Below are positions 11,457 to 24,833 of a stretch of 64,000 nt of DNA, in pieces. Below the pieces are notes generated by a model. It was not told the origin of the DNA. It did no database searches and saw only the letters and a list, made by a program, of their open reading frames with translations. Position 1 is the stretch's first letter, and each line of letters opens with the position of its first letter. Source of the stretch: Schmidtea polychroa (lineage: Eukaryota); the NCBI GenBank assembly GCA_044892525.1, contig CM097885.1, positions 40,736,001 through 40,800,000 on the forward strand, written 5' to 3'. The position numbers and the translations under genes were made by a program.

Positions 11457-13165
11457 CCAAGGGAATTCTCCACTTAATTCATTTAAGAAGCATCAAATTT
11501 CCCTAAATATATCCATTTTTAAAAATAGTTATTTTATCAATAAATATCAGTAAAAGGTCATATATTCCCCCCTCTTAATAAGATTCCTTAAAATCCCTTT
11601 AAATGACTATAATTTACCTTTAATTCATATTATCACAAATATTTCCCTATAAAACATCTAAAATCATTAACCCTAAATAATTTATAAAATCTATTGATAA
11701 AACCAATTATAATTAAATATTTGTTCTAAAGGTAAATCACTCCTCTTGAAATTTAAAATACAATAAATATTACTGTACAACTTCCTTTATAACTGACTAT
11801 GTCCCATTGAAAGATTAAATTTATCCATTCAATAAAATCTCTATATTTCTTTAAATGATCATATTTTACCCTTAACTGATATTCAACCGATTTAATTTCT
11901 AGAAATTTAATTAAAATCACATCATAAATTTACTACAATAAAGATCAATTTTCTTTAGTTGTTGTCGATGTCCAACAATCCTCTCTTAAGTCAATATTTT
12001 TCAACTTTTGTCATTGTCCACTTATTATAAATAAAAATACAAATAGTTTAAAGTTGTTATCAATCCCAAATTGATCATTTTTGTTAAATTTAGACATTTA
12101 GGAAAGGTTTTTCTACTGATTGTAATTAAAAATATATTTGAATTCTAATAAAAAACAAATTAATTTATTTAAAAAGCATTTGATAAAAAACAATGAAGAA
12201 TACTCAGTTGTTTATAAGTAGCTAGTTGTAAGTATCTAGTTGTTTGAGAGTTAGTTAGGACTTGGTAACTAGTTGTTTGTTGGTTGTAAGTACTTAGTTA
12301 TATGTATTTGGTACTTATTAGTACCTAGTTAATTATAATTAGTAGCTGATAGCTGGTATCTGATTGTAAATAGTACCTAGTTGTTAGGTATCTAGTGGTT
12401 AGCTGTTTGTTAGAAGTACATATTTGCTATTATCTATTGACTTTTTAGATTTTGACAAGAATATAAGAAATATTCTGTTTATTGAATTAAGAAGAGCTTA
12501 TTATAAGCAAATACTTGATGAATAAATTTTATTAAGTCTTTAATTGTTATTATTTTATGTGCAGGTATGTGGTTGTTAGTACTTGGTTGTTGTTAGTACA
12601 TGGTACTTGGTATCTACTTGTAAATAGCTGGTAGCTGTTGGTATCTGATTGTTGAATTATTATTAATGTATTAAGTCAAAAGGAATCATAACAAGTCAGT
12701 TTTCATTTGTTCATAAGTCAACGAAACATGAGCTCGAGTTTGACCATCTTTTGACCATGATAAGCAAGTTACTGCCACAGTTGCTTTTGATTTATTATCA
12801 ATATCTTCAGCTTTCAAAACTCCAACCGAAACTTTATTTTATAAATCCCAAATCTTGATAGACGATCCAGCTGCAGCACATAGCCAATATCTGTTTGGTG
12901 AGAGGATAAATTCAGAAATACTCAGAAATATCCATGCTTTTTTAGTGATGGTCAAATTTTGTATTGAAAATCTCAAGACCAAGGAGACCCACCTTAATAA
13001 TAGTTAGAAATATTCATGCTATTTTATCGAAGACCCCTTTTTGTATTGAAAATCCCAGGATCGATCGAGTCCCCCTCACTATAGTTAGAAAAATCATAGC
13101 TTTTTTCTAAATTTGAGCAGCATGGGGGTGGGGGGTACTAACCAGTGGGCTACTAACTACCTACT
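11456..13165. mobile_element. Truncated non-autonomous Polinton-type element related to 24834-35427
   Basis: Ends ACTAACTACCTACT at 13165, as at 35427. Subterminal repeats (TTGTATTGAAAAT, GACCAAGGAGACCCACC) match 35040-35230; 11456-11970 matches the reverse complement of ~30520-31000; 12075-12190 matches ~32705-32820. Left end not found. Confidence 0.8.
12737..12904 (-). pseudogene. RACK1: RACK1 (GNB2L1) WD6-WD7 gene fragment
   Basis: Translates [55 protein letters not shown], compared with RACK1 [22 protein letters not shown]...SLAWSADGQT; one in-frame stop. Confidence 0.92.
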
Positions 13166-13844
13166 TATATATTATATATTTAAAAATATATTTTAACAGT
13201 GTTGGACTGTACCACTAAATTTGCTAGGGCGTTTCCTTGTATTAGAAAATGCGCGAATGCATTCAAGAACTTCATAGTGATAATGTGGGAGAGTTTAGAA
13301 ATAACAAAATTTGTCTTTGCCATAAATTTAAAATCAACAGGTTTATGGACGACCATACCACCCTCAAAGCCAAGAACAGATAGAACGATTAAATTTGACA
13401 ATAAAATATGATAGGTTTCAAATAATAATAACAATTGGATTGACATACTTTCTCAGACTGTTTATCAATATAACATTCAATTTTATAGAGCTGTTAACAG
13501 ATCTCTAATACAAAGTTTTTTAGGAATAAGTGGATTCAACACCGATGCCAAGTTGGTTGATGGAAACAACCAGATAAATATTAATCTCCTGACTCCCGAA
13601 GAAGAAAATGTAAATTGGAGAATTTAAGTTAAATTATTATCGTGATTTGGCAAATACTAGTAGGAGGTCAGTCAGAAGAACTGGGAATAATTTTAACTCA
13701 AATATAAACAAAACTTTATTTTAATTCTTGTATAAATATAATTTTTATTATAGTTTAAAATATATATTTTATAACGTATTTATTTTATATTGATTTTATA
13801 TTGTATTTATTTATTATTTTTCGAAATTAATTAATTTCACACGA

Positions 13845-14215
13845 CAGTACGATAACATTCAACTCCCGCGATGGAAAATTATCAAGACCAAATTTCAACA
13901 TTTGATATAGGTCATATAACCCCTCAAGTTGTTAAAGACTACAGAAAGCTGTTTTTGAATTTACCAAGAAATATTACATCACTAAGATACTTTCCAGAGA
14001 AATGATCATGATCTCGAACTTTGCGAATAATAATTTAAAGATAACAGGTTGTAGAAAAACTGAAAGCACGAATTTCGGCCAAGTCATAGTTTCTAGAGGG
14101 GTTTTGCCACGAATAATGGACGTATAATGATAATTATCACCATCTTCAAGTAGTAACAAGTACACAGGTATGCCATCAATAACTTTGGATCTATGTATAA
14201 CATCAAAATTGGATG
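13845..14215 (-). pseudogene. Polinton pPolB N-terminal region, part downstream of the hAT insertion
   Basis: VYLLLLEDGDNYHYTSI, then QLSVVFNNLRGY...LKFGLDNFPSRELNVI, which closely matches QLPVVFHNLRGY...LKYGLNNFPSWELNII of the pPolB at 10-1848. Confidence 0.8.
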
Positions 14216-14223
14216 ATGTAGCA

Positions 14224-16476
14224 CAGTGTTTCTCAACCCAAAAAGCAGTACGGACCGTAAATAATATCAATTTTTTTTCACGACCCGTAAATTCAGTTTG
14301 ACTTTACAATCTAATAAAATTAATAATTTTAAAAAAAGTTAACAGATGAACAAAATATTTATTATAAAAGGATCAACAATAACGAAATCAAAACAATTAG
14401 AAACATAATTTTATAAATTAATGTGATTGTTGTTGCTCTTTCTCTCGTACCAGTTTGTCTATTCTTGGTTTTAAAGAAGTGATAGCAAGTCGCAAAGCAG
14501 GGCCAGTAAATAACCTGTTTCTTTGCTTCGTTTTAATAATTGACATTGCTGAAAATGCTGATTCACACAAGTAAGTTGTAGAAAAGGGTAATAAAATGTG
14601 AATGGCAATTTTGCTGAGGGCTGGATATTCCTCCTTGACTTTTATCCAAAACTGTGTAATGCTTATTGAGTTAAACATTGATTTCAATCCCATATCTGAT
14701 GATAACTCAATCAATTTTTCTGCTTCTGTGTTTGAAAGGTTGTTTTGTTGGTGATCACGAAATGGATTGGATATCCACATGTTTCCAAATCGAACATCGT
14801 CATTAGGTGGATAGTAGCTGTCAAACATTTGAGCAAGCACTTCTAAATGTTGAGTGATACAAGAAACAACATTATCCAAATTCAAGTCAAAAGATTCTGT
14901 GAAATCGTTAAATGAAGGAAACATTTCATAATTCTGCTCTTGTGTGCGGTTTAACCAAGTTTTTATTTTTTTCTTAAAAGCATCAATTTTATTCCAGACA
15001 TTGAAGACAGTTGTCATTGGACCTTGTAGACTCAGATTCAGCTGATTTATCAGAGAAAAGAAGTCTGATAAATAAGCAAGTTTTGCAATCCATTCTTCAT
15101 CAAAGAAATGTTTGGCATGATCTGAATTTTTTTGACTTAAAAAGATTTTCACCTCATCTCGCAACTCGTAGAGCCTTGTAAGAACTATCCCTCTGGAAAG
15201 CCAGTGCACTTCAGCGTGAAGTAGCAACTGTGAATTTCTTGAATCCATTTCATCACACAGAATTGTGAGCAATCGGGAATTGAGTGTGTTGCTCTTGATG
15301 AAATTAACAATCTGAATTGAAACTGAAAGAAGTTCATGTAATTCGGGAGACATTTTTTTGCTGCTAAATGCTCACGGTGAATAACACAGTGAGTAAATTT
15401 AAATGTATCACCAGCAACTTCTTGGATTCTTGTTCTTACACCTGAAAGTCTGCCAACCATGTTTGCTGCACCATCTGTACACAATCCAATGCACAATTTC
15501 CAGTTTAAAGAATTTTTTTTGACATATTCATCAATGATGCGAAAGATTTCTGAACTGGTTGTGTAAGAGGGAATCTCACTGCAACACAAAAGGTCTTCTT
15601 TGAGGTCACTGCTGTCATAATTAACATATTTAACATGACATAAAAGAACTGCTTTGTTTGCAACATCTCTTGACTCATCCATTCGGATTGCAAATGACTC
15701 TGACTTCTTGACCTTTTCGATGAGTTGATCTTCAATATCTGCCGATAATTTCTCAATCCTTCTTTCAATTGTGTCATTGGATAAAGGAAACCCTTCATTT
15801 TGTCACCAGCTTTTAAACTCAAAATCTCTGAACAAACATCCACCAAGCATGGTTTTATTAGTTTTTCAGCAATTGAAAATGGTTTTTTACATTCGGAAAT
15901 TCGAAAAGCAACCAAATAAGAAGCCTTTAAAAGTGATTTGTTGGCTAAAATGGACTTTTGAAATGAATTTCTTTTGGCTTTTTATCTCAGAAGCTTTTCT
16001 CTCAAAGAAATCAATCGGTTTTGATTCCAATTCTTTGTGTTTTGAGTTCAAATGTCGTGATAAATTATTTGCTTTCATGCTTTCATTGGACAGCACTTCC
16101 CCACAAATGATACATTGTGGTTTGGGACAACTTGCATCTGATCCAGGCCAAGAAATAAATCCAAATCTTAAAAAAGTAATGTTGTATTTGCGAGCAAAAC
16201 TTGACCTCTTCTTTTTTTCAGGTGGACATTGAACTTATTGTTCATCATTGCTTTCAACAACTGTTGAATTGTTATTGTTAACCTTTTTAACAAAATTGTT
16301 TAATGTTGCTTGTCTTTTTTACGTTTCATTTTAGGATTGGAAAAAGTTTAGGATTATTAAAAACTTGATTAATTTTTAGCAAATTTTAAATTATATTTAT
16401 TGATTAATTGTAAAAAATTAGCATTAAATAAAATTTTTTTCAAATTTGCTCACGACCCGGCGGTTGAGAATCGCTG
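14224..16476 (-). mobile_element. hAT DNA transposon, Buster/ZBED5-SCAND3 type, full length
   Basis: TIRs CAGTGTTTCTCAACC / GGTTGAGAATCGCTG; perfect 8-bp TSD ATGTAGCA (14216-14223, 16477-16484) with the central TA typical of Buster elements. Confidence 0.95.
14418..16330 (-). pseudogene. Buster-type hAT transposase, frameshifted
   Basis: BED finger (PQCIICGE..SNESMK...L.RHL..KH), KPFSIAEKLIKP, DES.D, CTDGAANM.G, THCVIHRE, H.EV.WLSRG, FSTTYLCESAFS; split across at least four ORFs. Confidence 0.93.
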
Positions 16477-16484
16477 ATGTAGCA

Positions 16485-16730
16485 CATAAGCATCATCATT
16501 ATTACTATCATAATCTATAATTATGACATGCTTGTAAGAAAATACACTTATTGCAAGGTTTAGATGATGATTTTTCCTACACAACTTCATTGGGCAATCA
16601 GTTATAATGTCATGATTAATCTCGTTCAAAAAACTAGTATATTTTTTTACTCTATTCCAATGATTTCTAATCTGATCATCTTTTAATACTGCAAGTACAC
16701 TATATATAAACAGCATTTTCATTATCAACC
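16485..16730 (-). pseudogene. Polinton pPolB N-terminal region, part upstream of the hAT insertion
   Basis: FIYSVLAVL...NRVKKY..LNEIN...P...NLAISVF pattern typical of the pPolB N-terminal extension. Confidence 0.7.
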
Positions 16731-16829
16731 AATCAACTTTAACATATAAATTTTAAAATCAGTTTAATAAAATTAGACTAAAAAATAAAATAAAACAAGA
16801 AACATTTATTATATATTAAATTTGTTATA

Positions 16830-17210
16830 CATTAAATTTGTTATACAGCAACCACATGTTTGAGTCATTGGAGTTTGAAACATTGTTTTATTATATACAA
16901 TAGGTTTACCCATTGTTTGCAGTTTTCATACCAATAAAATAGGATAATAGAAACCCATAGAATCAAATAAAAGTATCACATCAGGTTTTTTTCATTGACT
17001 CCTATCCAATGTTTACCATCAAGATGCGATGAATGAGTATTTGACGATAATAGCTTAATTATTACGTAACTATGTTATTTTATTCAATGGGTATACTCCA
17101 AAATATTCATTTACTAAAAATTCTTTCCAATTCGATTGACTTGACTAGAAGTACAAATAAATTAAATAATACATGAGAAACTTACTCCATGACAATTTTC
17201 TTAACATTAA
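16830..17210 (-). pseudogene. Polinton adenain-like cysteine protease remnant
   Basis: Fragments GVYP, DGKHW, FDSMG and YNKTMFQTPMTQTCG fit the His/Asp/Gln/Cys layout of adenovirus-type proteases. Confidence 0.7.
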
Positions 17211-18100
17211 CAACTGCATATACGCCAAATAGCTTCTGGAAACTTTATATCTCATCATAAATTTCCATTTTGAGATAATTGACTTTGATTCAAATCAAAA
17301 TCAGGTGCTAAAACAAATGTAAAAAATGAATATTTGGTTTTGAATTCATCAAGAATTATACCACAATTCAAGTTGTTATCCAAATAACCCATATTTCTCA
17401 CAATACTACATATATGTAGTATGGTAATTATCATTTTCAAAATCTTGAATGTATAATCAGTATTTTTCAAGTATCCAGATTGAAATGTTATCGGAATAAA
17501 GTTTGACATTCTTCTATCTCCAAATATTTCTTCTTTATAGAATAAAGAAGCACCTTTGGACAATTTCTTTTATTTTTAGTGAATAGATTACATGATTAGA
17601 ATTAAGACCCAACTGATGACCTGCTAATACCGACGGATTAACTCGAACTCTTCTTTCTATTAATTTTGCATCAACTACTTGAAATACTGGTTGACCAGCA
17701 ACACTAGTTAGTGATATTGCAGAATCAGATCTTTTCAACCTAATGTACACATTGACTCCTGGAAGTAAATATTTAGAAAGTCTAGATGTAATGATGAACA
17801 CATGGTAAAATTCTTTGAGCCTTTAATCTATTTTATTTTCTTTTGTCATCAGTTGATGTATAAGCCATAGTAAAAAGACATGTAAATTTAGTATCAGTAT
17901 TATAATTTAAAATAGTTTATATCATTGCCTTGTGAATTGTTGCTACCTTCAATCTTAATATTATTAAATCTAAGAATAGCATCTTTAAAAATTGTATGAA
18001 ACAAAATATTATTAGGTATTGTAACATTAGCATGACCCAAAACCTTTTATCTTTATCTACAACCTTGCTCTGAACAGTTAGCAATATATCATTTAAATTT
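17210..18100 (-). pseudogene. Polinton major capsid protein remnant
   Basis: KYLLPGVNVYIRLKRS...DAKLIERRVRVNPSVLAGH and YSFFTFVLAPD...GNL are characteristic of Polinton double-jelly-roll MCP; frameshifted. Confidence 0.8.
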
Positions 18101-18339
18101 AAATATTCAATTTGAGAACATTTCTACTATCATTTGATAACTTATTCGAATGCTCATATTTGATAATCACTTGAGGCGATCGTCGAATCTGCAAATAATT
18201 TTCAAATATAGTTCCATGTCCTCTCATCCGTCTGTTTATATACAATGACCGGTATTTCTTACGTTTTGGAACATTTGGTCGAGGAGGTTCTGTTTTTTCT
18301 TCTTTTTGAAACATGCCCGCAAAAACCGGTAAACCATTT

Positions 18340-18994
18340 TCCTATTTCGGATAAAGCATTAGTTTTGATTAAAACCTTTCAAACTTTGATGTGACGAATG
18401 ATTATAACCATAAATAATTTTTGGCAAAACATTTATCCATGTCTCATCAACAAACCTTGATGAACAAACCATTTTTTCAGCTTATGTCTCAAAGTTCAAT
18501 TAAATCTTTCAACATGAAAAGCTTTGAATTGAGAATAATGATTGATTTTGAATTTATCCAGGATTTCTTTATTAAATTTTATTAATTCCTTTACTAAATA
18601 AAAATAAAGAATTTGATAGTATAAATATTTTAACCAAATCGGTTTTTATGTTTTCTGGATATCTATCTGTAAACAAGAGTCTAATTGCTTTGGATATTTC
18701 CTTGGTAGACTTAGCTTTCGTAGGAATTGCTCGTGCAAAATGACTGAAAACATCAATGCATGTCAAAATATACTTGTATCCTTTATTAATCTTTGAATAT
18801 GGTATTATTTCCATCAAATCCATTTTCGATAAATCAACAATACTAAATGTTTTATATGGTCTTGTTGGAAATATTTTCGGCATCAGTTTGTTCAAACTAT
18901 GAGTGATCTGACCTGAATTAAAAATCTTTTGCTTTAACTTTTCGACTCCACCAAAACCAGCTTTGTCGTTTTGCTTTGTCCATATTTTCTCCAT
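18340..18994 (-). pseudogene. Polinton retroviral-like integrase remnant
   Basis: FGGVEKL...MDLME...NKGYKYILTCIDVFS..ARAIP.K.K...PENIKTD (first two catalytic Asp regions); degenerate downstream. Confidence 0.88.
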
Positions 18995-19019
18995 TACAAC
19001 ATGAAGATTTTAAATTTAA

Positions 19020-19448
19020 AATAAAGTTAGGTAATAAAAGATTAGCACCCATTGTTTACGAGGATTTTTGTAGACCTGCTCCTCCTAATAATGATAATGT
19101 CAATGGTATTAATGCAGCAATAAACTCTCCTTGTCGTTTAGATATAATTGTTATCATTTGTTTACTATTTTTATTATTTAATAGCAATAACAGAGTTTTC
19201 TGGTGCTTTTTTTAAATAATTTTGTCAGATTTGTTAATTGTAGTCTTGCCTTTGACTACTTTGAGTAAACTATCAAGTAAATCATCAACAACAAAATTTG
19301 AAAATGAATGCAATATAGTCATTCTTTTCATGCTCTGTGCCTTTAACAATGCATTAGAAATCTGAAAACCACGATGATTTTTTACTGATTTTACTTGTTT
19401 AGGCATTTTAGTTGGTTTAGGTTTTGGATTTTTTGAAATGAGATTCAT
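19020..19448 (-). pseudogene. Polinton small basic protein (PW-like) remnant
   Basis: Basic N-terminus followed, through one stop, by KRQGEFIAALIPLTLSLLGGAG, resembling the Q.GGF + hydrophobic tail of the Polinton PW family. Confidence 0.55.
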
Positions 19449-21279
19449 TGATGGAAAATTTTCTGTACAAGTATTTTAGGAGGTGTATAACTAGTTTTTG
19501 GTGGGACTTTAATTTTATCTTTTTCAATACCTTATCTGTCGCTTTCAAAAACATGATCAGTCAAACATGGTTTCAACTTTGTTTAATAACCGTTAACCAT
19601 TCTATTTATTTAAAATATCGGTTCTCACTCGTAAACTAGAATTGTAAATAGAATTGGAGGGTTTTCAATACAATAGCAAAGATATTCAAGTTCAAAGTCT
19701 TGCTGTAGCTACTAAATTTGAATAATTTAGCAAAGTTATTAGATGGAGATTGTACATATAAACCTGAATTATTCTCTGCTCTGCGCTATACAAAATATGA
19801 TCCACTGTGTGTAAATAATTTTTCGAGTGGTATTAAAAATTTATATTTTCAAACAATTGTTGTGGGAATTATAAACGATGTAAAGGATTTGATTTGACCC
19901 TTAACAATTTCTACAAGTATAAGTAACGAGCATTTGCTAAAATATTTATTCAACAATGACTGAACATGATGGTAATTGTTTATTTTAAATATGATATTTT
20001 TTTAGAAACTATACTAAATGTTTTGATTGATAAAATCGAAGATTTTTATCAGAATTTGAATAATTCCATAATTTATTGTGCTCCAGAAGTTGTATTTTAC
20101 AAATTTTATGAAATAACTGGAATAAATGTAATAGAATTAATTTATATGGATCATTCTACAATTACATGCTATGCTGATGATGTTGAAAATTGTGATTTTT
20201 GTAAAAATAATATACGGAATACTTGTTGGGATGATAGTTGTACATGTTTTGTGAATTTAAAAAAACGAGAAATAATACATTTATTACTTGTGGAATTGCA
20301 AAAAAGTTCTTGATGTAATAAAATATAAAATATATATGCATAAAATTATATTTTTTTGTGATAATATTACTTTAATTTACCTATAACATTTAAAAATCTA
20401 TTCTTTGTATACAATAAATCATTTCAGACTTTGTTAATTAGCATAATATATATTAGTTGATCACTTTTTGATCATATCTGTCACTTGAAACCTTGTTTAC
20501 AGTGGAATCTATATAAATATCTGGTTCAAATCATTTCTGATTACACTCACAAATGAATCATCAAATTACATGTTTGTTGTTTTTGAAATTATTCCATTTA
20601 ATATATTTTTTAATTTAGGAGTATTGAATAGAAAAATGCTGATGACGTTCAAGAATTTGGAAAACGGAAATTTAAAGAAGTGACATTATTATTTATACTG
20701 TCCAATTTCTTATATATTTAAGGTAAGTTTGAATAAACTACTTTGGATTTGATTATTTTATTGTTAGAAACCAGTAACTTTGGAAAAAGGTTTTCACAAC
20801 GTGCGACTTTCCAAAATCATGTTTGACGATAAGATCATATTGGGACAATTTCTTTAGAAAATGAACGAAAATAATAAATTCAATGAAGAAGAAATGTTTA
20901 TCAAATGCGATTTGGAAATGGTTATCAATGGTGAGAAGATAAGTAAAATAACCTGCATGGTTACAGTACTCGATTAAGGATATAATGTAAGCAGAGACCA
21001 AATCAAACATATTTAGAAGATTATAAGAGCCGAATAAATGTAGTTTGAATTTTATTTTAATAAATCTTTATTAGCGTTTGGTGTTTTTAAAATAATAATA
21101 ATAATGTCATGTTAACTGGTTTTATAAAAATAACTAAATCAAGTTTTAAATTTATTAATTATAACATGTGCTGTTTTGATCTTTACAATTTCCTTTCATC
21201 ATCTATACAATTAGGAAAATCATTATGTTCATCTTCTTGTTTAGGTTCATATGAATTTGAGTGTGATATAAAAAAATTA

Positions 21280-21590
21280 GGATTTTTTAGGATTTTTGTT
21301 TTAAATGGTTTAAATAATTAAATTTTTGTGAAAATTAAAGGTTATTAAATTTAAACAAAAATTGTTTATTTAAATTGAAAATTTTTAATTGTTAAATTTG
21401 AAATGTATGTTTCAAAATCAAATCAATTTAAAAAATGTTAACATAATTTATTATTTGGTTTGATTTTTCTGGATTGTTTATAATATGTATGAAAAAACAT
21501 TTTTAATGTACATAGTTTTTCTATTCCACCTTATAATGACAGTGAAAGTGTCGAAATGTTTTGTATAAGTGATGTTGGAGTGGAAATTTA
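21280..21590 (+). mobile_element. Highly degenerate Penelope 3' end / pLTR remnant
   Basis: ATAGTTTTTCTATTCCACCTTATAATGACAGTGAAAGTGTCGAAATG aligns with ATAGTTATTATATCCAACCTGATGATGACAGGAAAACTGTCGAAATA at 7254-7300; the hammerhead core is mutated. Confidence 0.55.
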
Positions 21591-21800
21591 AAATATTTAA
21601 ATCAGTGATTATATGTTTATATGTATAAATTTATGTATTTGCTGAAATTAGTTTTATTTTTATACATATTTTCAGGTAATAAATCGTTTTATTTTCTAAA
21701 AAAATCTTATTCTTTATTTTAAGCTATTCAAATTGCTATAACGGAAACTCTAATATATTTATGATTTGTTTCTAATCTACAAATAATACTTCTAGTTTAA

Positions 21801-21899
<99 letters not shown>

Positions 21900-22191
21900 T
21901 GTTAGACGCAATTAAATTCAAGTCTTCTTCAAGCATTTATTTTTATAACAACTTCAAAATTGTGCCGTTTACTAGAGTATTTAAACACCAAGGCGTGATA
22001 ATTATTAATATTAATGTAATTACCGGTCATACATTTAATTGATTTAATTTAATATAATTTAATATAATATGATATAATTTAATATAGAATTTAAATATAA
22101 AAATTTACCAGAAATAATTATTTCTACTAACTGATCTCACTTCTACCATTTAACCATAATAATTTTATATAGAGATTTACTAACTCCTTAC

Positions 22192-22254
<63 letters not shown>

Positions 22255-22764
22255 TTTTTATAAAACTGGTGTCAAAAAATATTTAGATCTAATCAAGATC
22301 TTCCATAAGTAATCAGAAATATTAATAATAAAAACTAAATTGAAACGCATTGATAAGACCGACAGAGATAATAACAAAATTTATTCATTCAAATTTATAC
22401 AATATAATTTATAAAATCTTTCAAATCGCATTGTATATTTTAATGAAATTATTTTGCTTAATTTTCACAATTTCCTTAGAAGTAAGTATAAATTTTCTAA
22501 ATCGTTTTAATTAATTACATCGCATATTTTAAATAATTATTTTTTATTTGATTTGAAAATAACATTTTAACGTCTTACTAATATGCCTTATGTCATTTAC
22601 ATTATTTTTAAAAATTTCCTTTATTTTCACTATGACTATCGATAAAAAATATATTTTCCTATGATCTGAAAATAGATAAAATCTAACAGGAAATTAGATC
22701 AAAAGTAGAAAAAATAAAAGATTTTACTGATTGTTAAAAATGTAAAAATAATAATTAATTTCAG

Positions 22765-22880
22765 ATTGAAGCGTCAAGAGACTTTATATATACGGAAATT
22801 CAAGACATAGACGTTGTTGCAGGCCAGGAAATTAGATGGACACATTTAAATATCGATATAATTCAATATAGTGCTCCTAA
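22765..22880 (+). CDS. Putative internal exon of an unidentified host gene (may be a pseudogene)
   Basis: TTTCAG acceptor, GTGAGT donor, open frame IEASRDFIYTEIQDIDVVAGQEIRWTHLNIDIIQYSAP; protein-level match to 58575-58681. Confidence 0.55.
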
Positions 22881-24833
22881 GTGAGTTTTATAATCATTTT
22901 TCTAACTAATTAAGGAATATTATTATGAGAGTTATGTCTGTGACATTTGGTCAAACTTTGTTTATTGCATAATAACAACCTCCATATTTACTTCGTAACG
23001 AAGTATCTTTAAGTTCTAATGCATTAAACCTGCGTTGAATGACCAATATTCGGTTTTTGAAAGTTTTTAAGAACTTCATTTATTTCATTTACCTAGCTTT
23101 TTTTCCTGTATATTTGTTTCAAATGGTTCAATGTTATTGAAATAGTATTTGCTGATAACTTACTTCTGTGAATATAATTAATAAGTCATTTTTGTTTAAA
23201 TTAATAAATATAAAAAATCTAATCTATTTTTATTTCATATTTTTGTTATTGAATTAAATTTTGTTTTTTAATATGACTAAATTTTTTATTTTTGTAAATA
23301 CAATTTTTCTTATTTAAATTGACTATGTATTTTATTTTTGAAATAATAATCTGAAAATATTTAAGGCGCCTTATAACTTTTAGCAAAGGAGTTTCGAATT
23401 TCATAAGACACCACTGCGTATATTTTATGACTTTATTGGCAAAAGAGCGATAAATAAAATATGAGTTTACAAGATAATAAATGAGGTAAAATAAAATGAT
23501 AAGGAAAGAGAAATGAATTGAAAAAATTGGACCTTTAAAATCTCACGAGAATATAGTGAGAAAAAAACAAACGCTAGACTTCGATTTGTATATAGAAACA
23601 TATTTCATCCAGCTCCGTATTTAAAAATAAACAGTTTAAAAGACAGTCGAAAATTTTTGTTTCTCTTTTAAAGAAAGATTGATCATTTATCATCTAATAA
23701 TAAAACTACAAATAAACGGTAAAATATAAATTCTTTAATATTAACCCATAGTTTCTTGGTAGTCTGAGCTGTATAACCCATAAGGCTGACTAAACTAAAG
23801 CTTAGGGGTCTTCCAACAGCAGGGACCTAGGCAACATTTAGCTATGCCATAGCAATTCCGTGTAATTGAAAATTACGCATTAAATATTCCTATACTGTTG
23901 CTAAATTCCACCTTTTTATATCATTTTTGGTGAATTTGTATTAATTTTTTAATCTCAATTATGTTTACATAGATAGGCATAACAGGATTACCATTTTTTA
24001 CATAAATTTATACGTCATTTGCAACAAAAAATATCATACTAAATAAACTAACCCTTGTGTCACTGGAATATGGTCCTTATCAAGCGCATTTTTTATTGAA
24101 TTGACTTCAAATATATTCCCAATAAAATAATTAGTAAATGATATGATCAGCCTTACAGAAAGTTTCAATTTTATTAAAAAAAATGATAATTTTCGACAAT
24201 TAAAGACAAAAAAGTACTAATAATTGTATAATCTAACCGATCCACTGTTTATTTTTCACCGAGATGTTGCTTTTTTTACATTTGGGTAATTTTCTGTTAT
24301 TTACATTATTATTTAGACATGATTATAAATATAAATTGTGTTGAAAATGCAATTATCACATAAAAGCAGCTTAAACTTCCTAAGTTGTATTTCAACAATA
24401 AAAACAAAACACATAGACAAAACATTATAAACACAAGCTATTTGCATTTATTTGTATTTCTTAATAAAAATAAAGTGTTTTAAACATAAAAAACTTTTGA
24501 TTTATAAATAAAAATTATAAATAAAATATAAAATAAATATTACTTTTATATTTTCCTTTCCTGATTTTTATAATAAAATTATATTGACATATTTTGTTTT
24601 ATTATTTATTATTTGTAAATGGAGTGTGTTTAAATATAGAAAACAGTTTAAAAAGTTTTTATGGAATTAAAAAAAAATAATGAAATTTAATGGCGATATT
24701 TACCTTGAAATGGCGCAATTTGTGTTACAATATGGTTAAATTCCAAATCCGGCAGTTTATTTTGTTATAATAAGGATGTATAAAGAAATTTTCGTTGAAA
24801 TAAATTTCCTATGGTTGATAAGCTTTTTCGCAT

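Larger units (their letters stand above)
13845..19448 (-). mobile_element. Decayed Polinton/Maverick gene module (interrupted by a hAT)
   Basis: Collinear minus-strand remnants of PW-like protein, integrase, major capsid protein, adenain-like protease and pPolB. It may extend into the unassigned flanks (13166-13845, 19448-21050). Confidence 0.88.

Noticed and set aside
12839..12841. In-frame TAA in RACK1 and other fragments as a sign of a variant genetic code
   Set aside because: The intact GPCR and EGF ORFs contain no internal stops and one ends in TAA; ordinary pseudogene decay explains it.
19966..20313. 115-aa Cys-containing ORF beside the Polinton relic
   Set aside because: No recognisable motif; it may be a Polinton accessory gene but cannot be supported from sequence alone.
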